DNA of 64,000 nt, taken from the NCBI GenBank assembly GCA_963744145.1, contig CAVUSO010000001.1, positions 2,400,001 through 2,464,000 on the forward strand, written 5' to 3'. The notes beneath the pieces were generated by a model. That model made no database searches. It had not been told where the DNA came from and saw nothing but the letters and a program-made list of their open reading frames with translations. Each line of letters starts with the position of its first letter. Positions within the stretch are counted from its first letter, which is position 1. The position numbers and the translations under genes were made by a program. Below, one piece after another: positions 1 to 8,830 of the stretch. Source of the stretch: an uncultured cyanobacterium (GTDB lineage: Bacteria > Cyanobacteriota > Cyanobacteriia > Cyanobacteriales > CAWUOF01).

Positions 1-1
1 A

Positions 2-718
2 ACAGCTCCTTCGATTCAGGTTTTAGACTTAACACAGAAACAAAAGAAGGAAATAGATACTCAATCAGGACTAGGGAAATCTCTAGTAGTAGGTAATCCA
101 ACCATGCCTAGTGTGCCCTATGAACCAGGACAACAACCACAACCACTCCCACAATTACCTGGTGCTGAACAAGAAGCGATCGCGATCGCCCCTCTCCTCC
201 AAACTCAACCTTTGACTGGAAATCAAGCTACTAAATCAGCGATCATCCAGAAAATGCAAGAATCACGAATCATTCACTTAGCTACACATGGATTATTGGA
301 TGATCTGCGCGGATTAGGAAGTGCGATCGCCCTAGCTCCTGATCCTCGAAAACCAGCGGAAGATCAATATGGACGAGCTAACGGTTTACTCACTGCGGAA
401 GAAATTTTGGACATGAAACTGAAAGCGGATTTAATTGTGTTGAGTGCCTGTAATACCGGACGGGGTAAAATTACTGGAGATGGAGTGATTGGATTGTCGC
501 GATCGCTAATATCCGCAGGAATACCAAGTGTAATGGTTTCCCTGTGGTCAGTTCCCGATGCACCAACTGCGGAATTAATGACAGATTTTTACAATAACTG
601 GCAAAAACAGCACATGGACAAAGCCCAAGCACTAAGACAAGCTATGCTTAATACTATGAAAACCCATCCTCATCCAATTGACTGGGCAGCGTTTACTTTG
701 ATTGGTGAAGCTAATTGA
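2..718 (+). CDS. C-terminal CHAT (caspase-like peptidase) domain of a TPR-CHAT protein; 5' end lies outside the window
   Basis: Frame is open from base 2 (TAPSIQV...). Contains HLATHG and VLSAC His/Cys motifs and the WAAFTLIG end. Nearly identical to 9602-10319. Confidence 0.9.
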   Translation, partial: TAPSIQVLDLTQKQKKEIDTQSGLGKSLVVGNPTMPSVPYEPGQQPQPLPQLPGAEQEAIAIAPLLQTQPLTGNQATKSAIIQKMQESRIIHLATHGLLDDLRGLGSAIALAPDPRKPAEDQYGRANGLLTAEEILDMKLKADLIVLSACNTGRGKITGDGVIGLSRSLISAGIPSVMVSLWSVPDAPTAELMTDFYNNWQKQHMDKAQALRQAMLNTMKTHPHPIDWAAFTLIGEAN

Positions 719-847
719 AGTTCAGGCTATTCTCTCTTTTGTTGGGCTTTCTTGGATGCGATCGCCAAGTTTAAAAGTTTTTTGTTTTAGATGTAAAGAA
801 AACCACTAAAGACCTCGGCAAAATTAGCAAAAATTTAGGAGATACCC

Positions 848-1060
848 ATGACTAATCGCGAACAGTTAAAACTCGAAATTGACTCAATAGATGATGTCTA
901 TATTGAAATTTTGTATCGCATCATTCTGGCGTTAAAGCAACCATTAATAAATTCTGTACCACTTCCAAATTTTAGTGAAGTCAATCCCTTAAAAGGTAGT
1001 ATCATATTTGAGCATGACTTAATTTCACCTATTGATGTCTCATGGGATGCTGAACAATGA
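848..1060 (+). CDS. Small antitoxin-like protein (VapB-type partner)
   Basis: 70 aa with GGAG RBS; stop overlaps (ATGA) the start of a PIN-toxin fragment. Confidence 0.6.
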   Translation: MTNREQLKLEIDSIDDVYIEILYRIILALKQPLINSVPLPNFSEVNPLKGSIIFEHDLISPIDVSWDAEQ

Positions 1061-1140
1061 TTATTTTAGATACTCATACTTGGATCTGGTGGACAAATGA
1101 ATCTATCAATCTATCTGCAAAAGCACAGGTAATTTGGTAA
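1057..1140 (+). pseudogene. Truncated PIN-domain (VapC) toxin
   Basis: Reads MIILDTHTWIWWTNES..., the typical LDTH PIN start, but stops after 27 codons and runs into a CHAT remnant. Confidence 0.7.
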
Positions 1141-1151
1141 ATATAGATGAT

Positions 1152-1262
1152 TAGATGATTTGCGCGAATTAGGGAATGTGATCACTCTAATTCCTGAGTG
1201 CCTGCGATACTGGACTGGGCAAAATTACTGGGGATGGGGTGATTAGATTATCGCGATCACTA
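1152..1262 (+). pseudogene. Decayed internal CHAT fragment
   Basis: Degenerate match to 296-340 and 441-509 (gatgatttgcgc...aaaattactggggatggggtgatt...tcgcgatc) with an internal deletion. Confidence 0.7.
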
Positions 1263-1323
1263 GCATTAACTAAACGTTTTAACTATAATAAAGGTCGGTC
1301 GATTCAACTTTGTCATTAAATTA

Positions 1324-2472
1324 TACCAATTCTTGCAACTTTGACTACAGATAGTGTAGAGTATAATTTGAGTAGAGTTGAAGGAAAAATATGGCAGGAG
1401 TTTATCACCTAGACATTAAGGAAAGTGAAGCCGAGCTGAAGAAATTGCTCGCAGTGGAAAAAACTGGTCCAGGAAAAGAACGATTACAAGCATTATATCT
1501 ACTCAAGATAAACAAAGCTAAAACAGTCACAGAAGTTGCTGAAATCTTGGGCAGAAATCGAGTTACCGTTCAAGATTGGTTAGCCAAATACCGTCAAGGA
1601 GGATTGGCCAAATATCTGGGGAAAAAAGTGGGTACAGGCCGACCGAGAAAAATTCCTGACTGGGCGGTAAAAAGTTTAGAAAAACGACTAAATGAAGAGG
1701 AAGGATTTAATAGTTATGGGGAAATTTGTCAATGGCTATCATCCACCCTTGGGATAGAAGCTAAATATAAAACCGTTCATCAATTAGTGCATTATAAACT
1801 AAAAGCCTCACCAAAAATCGCCAGGCCGAAAAGTACAGAACAGTCAAAAAAAAAGTTAGATAATTTTAGAAATCACTTGGCGGAGGACTTAGCTATGCTG
1901 AGTTGGTTTGCCATAACAGTAATGAGTTTAGGAGATAAAGTCAGATTTTTATGTCAAGATGAAACACGGATCGGCATGAAAACGATTAGTGGGAGAAAAA
2001 TTACCATTCGTGGGGTAAAACCAATTGGTAAAGTGCAATGGAAATTTCAAGCGACTTATATTTATGGCGTAGTAGAGCCAAAGACAGGGGAACATTTCTT
2101 TTACGAGTTTACTCATCTCAATAGTCAATGCTTTCAGATATTTTTAGACTTAGTAGCCGCGCATTTTTCGGATAGTATTTTGATCATTCAGTTAGACAAT
2201 GGTGGTTTTCATAAAGCTAAAAAGTTGGTAATTCCTAAAAACGTTATTTTAATGTTTCAACCATCCCATTGTCCTGAATCAAATCCAATCGAACAGGTAT
2301 GGCAGTATCTCAAAAAGGGATTGAGATGGGAATTACCAAGAAACTTAGATGAATTAAGACTTTTAATTAGTAAAGAACTAGAAAAGATGAATTCAAAAGT
2401 AATTGCCTCAATTACGGGACGAGCCTATATATTAGAGGCACTATCTGTAGTCGGCATTTAGAGAATTGGTAT
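1324..2472 (+). mobile_element. IS630-family insertion sequence
   Basis: Imperfect TIRs (taccaattct..gactacagatagtg / cactatctgtagtc..agaattggta). TA at 1322-1323 and 2473-2474. Encloses a DDE transposase. Confidence 0.9.
1391..2461 (+). CDS. IS630-family transposase
   Basis: N-terminal HTH plus QDETR, LDNG and PESNPIEQVW DDE motifs. Confidence 0.92.
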   Translation: MAGVYHLDIKESEAELKKLLAVEKTGPGKERLQALYLLKINKAKTVTEVAEILGRNRVTVQDWLAKYRQGGLAKYLGKKVGTGRPRKIPDWAVKSLEKRLNEEEGFNSYGEICQWLSSTLGIEAKYKTVHQLVHYKLKASPKIARPKSTEQSKKKLDNFRNHLAEDLAMLSWFAITVMSLGDKVRFLCQDETRIGMKTISGRKITIRGVKPIGKVQWKFQATYIYGVVEPKTGEHFFYEFTHLNSQCFQIFLDLVAAHFSDSILIIQLDNGGFHKAKKLVIPKNVILMFQPSHCPESNPIEQVWQYLKKGLRWELPRNLDELRLLISKELEKMNSKVIASITGRAYILEALSVVGI

Positions 2473-2522
2473 TACTTGTATTTAACGCCAATAAACAGGA
2501 GATTATTTTATGCAAAGATTAA
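2473..2522 (+). pseudogene. xisH: 3' remnant of xisH interrupted by IS630
   Basis: The rebuilt empty site reads IKLLVFNANKQEIILCKD*, an XisH-like C-terminus overlapping the xisI start. Confidence 0.55.
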
Positions 2523-2839
2523 ATTATTGCGAACTGGTGCAAAAAATCCTTAAATTGCACTTGGCTAATCTTAAAGATGACGAGACTGAAGTGCAGTTAA
2601 TTATCGATCTAGAACGCAATCATTACTTATTAATGCTTGTAGGTTGGCATGAACAAAGACGAGAATATGGGAGCCTGATTCATATTGATATTAAAGATGA
2701 AAAAATTTGGATTCAAAGTGATGGAACAGAAGTAGGAGTAGCCAATGAATTGGTGGAAGCTGGAGTGCCACAGCAGGATATAGTTTTAGGTTTTAAGTCT
2801 CCCTTTAAGCGGCAATTTACCGAATATGCTGTTTGCTAA
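2510..2839 (+). CDS. xisI: XisI family protein
   Basis: D..RNHYLLM.VGW...IHIDIKDEKIWIQ.DGTE.GVA.EL..AGVP..DIVLGF signature. Confidence 0.92.
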   Translation: MQRLNYCELVQKILKLHLANLKDDETEVQLIIDLERNHYLLMLVGWHEQRREYGSLIHIDIKDEKIWIQSDGTEVGVANELVEAGVPQQDIVLGFKSPFKRQFTEYAVC

Positions 2840-2845
2840 CTGCAA

Positions 2846-3108
2846 TTGGATTGTTGCGATCGCTAATATCCGCAGAAATACCAAGTGTAGTTTAGGCTAT
2901 TCTCTCTTTGTTTGGGTTTTTTTGGAGGCGATGCGATCGCTTACTGATCACCGTTTTTTACATACAAAAGTGCATAGGCAAATACCATCGTATCAATCAC
3001 CATTAGGGTCTACCTTGCGATTTCCAAGTCTGCACCTAACTTTCTGATTCTATCGGTAACGCTTGGGCTTTGTACCTCCTTTGCTAGTGCTAGCCAAGTA
3101 GCGAATCA
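2846..3108 (-). pseudogene. Collapsed copy of the CHAT tail plus FitA/FitB-like TA module
   Basis: Colinear with 11248-11966 but with two large internal deletions, one running exactly between two HIP1 sites. Confidence 0.8.
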
Positions 3109-3245
3109 TAAAAAACTCGGGTTTGTGGGAAATTGGATTGTCGCGATCGCGCATCTGTCCAGAGGAAAACTATCAACCAGATATGATCATTGATATCTCC
3201 TCTGGTGAGAAACATTTGTTTTTTGGTAGATGAGAGATTCTTACC

Positions 3246-4229
3246 CTAGGATTGGTTTGGATTTTCTTCAGTTGGTGGTTGTGGTTGAAATCTGGCGATT
3301 AATTCCTCTCGATTGAGTTGCAATATGAGCCGCGTAAATTCGGCGGTGGGTAAGGCTAATAATTGGTCAATAATGGCTGTAAGTTCTGGCTCTAATTCAC
3401 CAAATCGGTAACGAAGTAAATCAGCAATGATGCGATAACCTCCTTGCTGAATCCCTTGCTGAATCCCTTGCTGAATCCCTTGCTGAATCCCTTGCTGAAT
3501 CCCTTGTTGAATCCCTTGTTGAATCCCTTCTTGTTTTACTTCAGCCAGTTTTTCCTGAAACAGTGGTTTTAAGCCCATAATTAACTCCCGGTCTTCTGGT
3601 TCTATTTCTTGGTTATTTTGCAGCCTTTCTTGCAATTGATAAAACAATTCTAGCGCAATTAAGCGCAAAGAATTATCTGGCGCTAGTTCGCGTAGTTCTG
3701 CCAGTGCTTGTGCTTGAACTTTGTCCCGACCTAAAATTCTTAACCACAAGGTTTCTGGGGTGCGGGGTAGTTGATGAATCACGATGATCCCTGTCCGCAG
3801 TTTTTTGGCTAAAAAATAAATCCCTGAAACCCAATCGGCTTTTAATTTACCGCCAAAACCCTCTAGAATTCGGGCTGATGCGGTGGGGGTGAGTATCCAC
3901 AGTTTGGGTAAATCCGACTCTTTTAGTTGGGAATTGTGGCGATTCGCTTCTCGTTGATATTCACCTCTGACTTCGAGGAGTTTAAGCAGACAGTCGCAAA
4001 TTTCACTAGATTTTACAGGATTACGATAGGGTTCGATGATGGCAGTGCTGTGGGTAATTCGAGCTAATAGTCCCTGTTGATTCCGATCCGGGGGTTGGTG
4101 CGGGACAAACCACACATCGATTTGACGCATTTCTCCTGCGACTCGACGTGGTGCTTGGATTTCACCATAAGGTGATAATAGTTCCTCTAGATATTCTTTG
4201 GCAAATTGATCGTGGATAAATCTCGTCAT
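3246..4229 (-). CDS. Rpn-like PD-(D/E)XK nuclease with (QQGI)n linker and DUF4351-like C-terminus
   Basis: HDQFAK...IDVWF...IIEP N-terminus, QQGI repeats, and a helical tail LLRYRFGEL. Confidence 0.7.
   Translation of the reverse strand: MTRFIHDQFAKEYLEELLSPYGEIQAPRRVAGEMRQIDVWFVPHQPPDRNQQGLLARITHSTAIIEPYRNPVKSSEICDCLLKLLEVRGEYQREANRHNSQLKESDLPKLWILTPTASARILEGFGGKLKADWVSGIYFLAKKLRTGIIVIHQLPRTPETLWLRILGRDKVQAQALAELRELAPDNSLRLIALELFYQLQERLQNNQEIEPEDRELIMGLKPLFQEKLAEVKQEGIQQGIQQGIQQGIQQGIQQGIQQGIQQGGYRIIADLLRYRFGELEPELTAIIDQLLALPTAEFTRLILQLNREELIARFQPQPPTEENPNQS
3442..3528. repeat. 12-bp tandem repeat encoding QQGI
   Basis: About 7 copies of ccttg(c/t)tgaatc. Confidence 0.9.
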
Positions 4230-4575
4230 TATTGTGACATGAATCTGAACAAATTGAAAATGCCGAAGCTTTTTTTTAAATAGCTTTCATTGTGAGCTAG
4301 CTAAATTGCTTTGGCTTGCTCTGATTCTAGCATTATCACGCGATCGCCAAACTTAGCCGCTAGTTTCCCATCATCTAATTACCCGGTTTTAATACAGCGA
4401 TCGCCACTGATCACCGTTCTCTAAGTGCAAAAGTTTTCTGCCAAGAGTTTAATGCGATTGAGTAACTTATGGAATATATTATGTATGGTAATTGTTGCCA
4501 AGCTAACAGTTACCTCTCTAATAGTAATTTATTGGCATCAGATGCAGGTTGGATCTACAAGGAGCTTTCGAGATT

Positions 4576-5595
4576 ATGAGTCGCCATGATAAGCTGATTG
4601 CCCTGAGTTCTCTATTGCTGGCTATTGCGGGCGGCTTTATTATTGTTCTTTCTGATTATCCACTCCTCACTGTTGCTGTTCTGGCACAAACAACAGATGC
4701 TAAAAAAGTGGAAGCTGATCGTCTCTTGAAACAAGGAAACGAGCAGATCAAGGTTAACCAACTAGAAACTGCATTGAAAACATTGCAGCAAGCACTAGCA
4801 ATCTATCAGGAACTGAAAGACAGATCAGGGGAAGGGCAAACTCTGAAAAGCTTAGGAAATATTTTCTATGTTCAGAATAACTATGAGAAAGCGATCGCTT
4901 ATCAACAAGAAGCTTTAGCCATTGCTCAAGAGATTAAAGATCGTGATTTGGAAGGTAGAACACTGCTGAATTTGGGAAATATTAAAGTTGCCCAGAAAGA
5001 CTTCACTAAAGCGATTGAGTTTTATCAACAAAGCTTACGAATAGCACAAGAATTAAAGGTTAAAGACTTTGAATTGGAAAGCAAAGTATTATTCAGTTTA
5101 GGTAATGTTTTCTATGCCCAGAATAACTATGCTAAAGCGATTGAGTACGAACAGCAGTTGTTGGCGATCGCACGGGAAATAAAAGACCGTAAAATTGAGG
5201 CTAACACTTTGTTAAATCTGGGACTTGCTTACCATAATCTTAGTGACTATCCCAAAGCAATTGATTATGCACAACAAAGCTTGACAATCGCCAGCGAAAT
5301 AAAAGACCATCAAATTGAGGGTTGGGATCTTAACAATCTTGGATGGGCTTACCAATCTCTCGGTGACTATGCTAAAGCAATTAATTACTATCAACAAAGT
5401 TTGGCGATCGCACAGGAAATAAAAGACCATCAAATGGAGTTTAAAGTTCTAGCCAACCTCGGAAATTCTTACAAGGCTCTCGACCAATATACCAAAGTGA
5501 TTGATTACTATCAGCAGGTATTGGCGATCGCACGGGAAATAAAAGACCGCCAAGGCGAGGGTCAAGCTCTACTCGAGCTGAGGAAACGCTTATAA
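4576..5595 (+). CDS. N-terminal fragment of a giant TPR-CHAT protein (signal-like N-terminus plus TPRs)
   Basis: ATG 4576 follows GGAG; hydrophobic leader ending AVLAQT; 40-aa TPRs; ends at a +1 insertion near 5581. Confidence 0.8.
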   Translation: MSRHDKLIALSSLLLAIAGGFIIVLSDYPLLTVAVLAQTTDAKKVEADRLLKQGNEQIKVNQLETALKTLQQALAIYQELKDRSGEGQTLKSLGNIFYVQNNYEKAIAYQQEALAIAQEIKDRDLEGRTLLNLGNIKVAQKDFTKAIEFYQQSLRIAQELKVKDFELESKVLFSLGNVFYAQNNYAKAIEYEQQLLAIAREIKDRKIEANTLLNLGLAYHNLSDYPKAIDYAQQSLTIASEIKDHQIEGWDLNNLGWAYQSLGDYAKAINYYQQSLAIAQEIKDHQMEFKVLANLGNSYKALDQYTKVIDYYQQVLAIAREIKDRQGEGQALLELRKRL

Positions 5596-8500
5596 TCATC
5601 TCGGTCAATACACCAAAGCGATAGAGTACACACAACAAAGTCTGACAATTGCACGCGAAATTAACGACCGTCACAGTTATGGTTGGGATCTTAACAATCT
5701 CGGAGTTGCTTACCAGTCTCTCGGGGACTCTGCTAAAGCAATTAATTACTATCAACAAAGTTTGGCGATCGCACAGGAAATAAAAGACCGTCAAATGGAG
5801 TTTAAAGTTCTAGCCAATCTGGGAAATACTTACAGCAATCTCGGTCAATACGCCAAGGAGATAGAGTACGAACAGCAGTTGTTGGCGATCGCCCGTGAAA
5901 TTAAAGACCGTCGAACTGAAGATATTGCTCTAGGCAATCTGGGATCTGCTTACTTTTCTCTCGATCAATATGACAAATCGATTGAGTATGAACAGCAAGA
6001 CTTAGCGATCGCAAAGGAAATTAAAGACCGTAATAGAGAAGGTATAGCTCTGGGCACGCTGGGTCTTGCTTACCTAGCTCTTGGCCAATATGACAAATCT
6101 ATTGACTATGAACAACAGTTGTTAGCGATCGCACGGGAAATCAAAAACCGCCAAACTGAGGGTATAGCTCTAGGTAATCTGGGACTTGCTTACCAGGATC
6201 TTGGCCAATACACAAAAGCGATAGAGTACCATCAGCAAGATTTAGCGATTGCCCGCGAAATTAAAAACCGTAATAGAGAAGGTTTAGCTCTGGGCAATCT
6301 GGGACTTGCTTACCAAAATCTCGGTCAATATACCAAAGCGATAGATTACTATCAGCAAGATCTTAGCGATCGTTCGCGAAATTAAAGATCATCAAACTGA
6401 GGGTAATGTTCTGAACAATCTGGGAATTGCTTACTATCATCTCGACCAATACACCACAGCAATTGATTACTATAAACAGGTATTAGCAATCTCCCGGGAA
6501 ATTAAAAACCGTCAAGGTGAGGGTAATGCTCTGAACAATCTGGGAAGTGCTTATAATTCTCTTGGCCAATACATCATGGCTATTGATTACGATAAACAGG
6601 CATTGGCGATCTCCCGGGAAATTAAAAATCGTGAAGGTGAGGGTAAAGTTTTGGGCAATCTGGGAAGTGCTTACGAGTCTCTTGGCCAATACACCACAGC
6701 TATTGATTACGATAAACAGGCATTAGCGATCGCCCGGGAAATTAAAGACCGTCAAACTGAGGGTAATGCTCTGAACAATATAGGAAATGCTTACAATTCT
6801 CTTGGCCAATATACCACGGCTATTGATTACCATCAACAGGCATTAGCGATCTTTCGCGAAATTAAAGACCGTCAAACTGAGGGTGGTGCTCTGAACAATC
6901 TGGGAAATGCTTACGAGTCTCTTGGCCAATACACCACAGCCATTGATTACCATAAACAGGCATTAGTGATCGCCCGGGAAATTAAAGACCGTCAAACTGA
7001 GGGTAAAGTTTTGGGCAATCTGGGAAATGCTTACGAGTCTCTTGGCCAATACATCACAGCCATTGATTATCATAAACAGGCATTAGTGATCGCCCGGGAA
7101 ATTAAAGACCGTCAAACTGAGGGTAAAGTTTTGGGTAATCTGGGCAATATTTATCATTCTCTTAGCCAATACACCACAGCCATTGATTACCATCAACAGG
7201 CATTGGTGATCGCTCGCGAAATTAAAAACCGTCAAACTGAGGGTGGTGATCTGAACAATCTGGGAAATGCTTACGAGTTTCTTGGCCAATACACTATAGC
7301 AATTGATTACCATAAACAGGCATTAGCGATCGCCCGCGAAATTAAAGACCGTCAAAGTGAGGGTAATGCTCTGGACAATCTAGGAACTTCTTACAATTCT
7401 CTTGGCCAATACACCACAGCAATTGATTACCATAAACAGGCATTGGCGATCTCTCAGGAAATTAAAGACCGTCATGGTGAGGGTCTTACTCTGAAAAATT
7501 TGGGAAGTGCTTACGAGTATCTTGGCCAATACACTACAGCAATTGATTACTATAAACAGGCATTAGTGCTCGCAAGGGAAATTAAAGACCGTCAAACTGA
7601 GGGTCATGCTCTAGGCAATCTAGGAATTGCTTACTTTTCTCTCGGCCAGTACACCACAGCAATTGATTACCATCAACAGGCGTTAGTGCTCGCAAGGGAA
7701 ATTAAAGACCGTTATGGTGAGGGTCTTGCTCTAGGCAATCTAGGAAGTGATTACAATGCTTTTGGCCAATACACCACAGCAATTGATTATCATAAACAGG
7801 CATTAGCGATCGCCCGTGAAATTAAAGACCGTAAAAATGAGGGTGCTGCTCTAGGCGATCTGGGACTTGCTTACCAGAATCTCGGTCAATATTACAAATC
7901 TATTGACTATGAACAGCAGTTATTAGTGATCGCCCGCGAAATTAAAGACCGTAAAAATGAGGGTGCTGCTCTGGGCAATCTGGGAATTGCTTACAGATAT
8001 CTCGGCCAATATGACAAATCTATTGACTATGAACAGCAGTTATTAGTGATTGCCCGGGAAATTAAAGACCGTCAAAGTGAGGGTAATGCTCTGGGTAATC
8101 TGGGAACTGCTTATGATGCTCTTGGCCAATGCACCACAGCCATTGATTACTACAAACAGGCATTAGCGATCACCCACGAAATTAAAGATTATCAAGGTGT
8201 AGGTAGTGTTCTGAGTAATCTGGGAACTGCTTACAGAACTCTTGGCCAATACACTACAGCTATTGATTACCATCAACAGGCATTAGCGATCGCCCGCGAA
8301 ATTAAAGACCGTAAAAATGAGGAAGTTGCTCTGGAGAATCTGGGAGATACTTACGAGGTTCTTGGCCAATACACTACAGCTATTGATTACCATCAACAGG
8401 CATTAGCGATCGCCCACGAAATTAAAGACCGTCGAGCTGAGGGTACTGCTCTGAACAGTCTAGGAAGTGATTATGGTTTTCTTGGCCAATACAGCACAGC

Positions 8501-8830
8501 AATTGATTACTATGAAAAGGGATTAGCGATCGCTCATGAAATTAAAAACCGTTACGGTGAGGGAATTTCTCTAGACAATCTGGGAGCTGTTTACGATGTT
8601 CTTGGGCAATACACCACAGCCATTGATTACCATAAACAGGCATTAGCGATCGCCCGCGAAATTAAAGACCGTCAATTTGTGGGTAATGCTCTGGACAATC
8701 TGGGAACTGTTTACGATGATCTTGGGCAATACACCACAGCCATTGATTACCATAAACAGGCATTAGCGATCGCCCGCGAAATTAAAGACCGTAAAAATGA
8801 GGGGACTGCTCTAGGCAATCTGGGATTTCC
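4780..8830 (+). repeat. 120-bp tandem TPR-coding repeat array (about 33-34 units)
   Basis: Recurring gcgatcgcccgcgaaattaaagaccgt...ctgggcaatctggga at a 120-bp period. Confidence 0.9.
5762..6385 (+). CDS. Middle TPR fragment of the frameshifted TPR-CHAT gene
   Basis: 40-aa TPR repeats between single-base insertions near 5581 and 6362. Confidence 0.7.
   Translation: MAIAQEIKDRQMEFKVLANLGNTYSNLGQYAKEIEYEQQLLAIAREIKDRRTEDIALGNLGSAYFSLDQYDKSIEYEQQDLAIAKEIKDRNREGIALGTLGLAYLALGQYDKSIDYEQQLLAIAREIKNRQTEGIALGNLGLAYQDLGQYTKAIEYHQQDLAIAREIKNRNREGLALGNLGLAYQNLGQYTKAIDYYQQDLSDRSRN

Noticed and set aside
6390..8830. NNT-type codon variation in the TPRs as a diversity-generating retroelement target
   Set aside because: No reverse transcriptase or template repeat in the window, many adenines in the repeat are invariant, and some changes are not A-to-N
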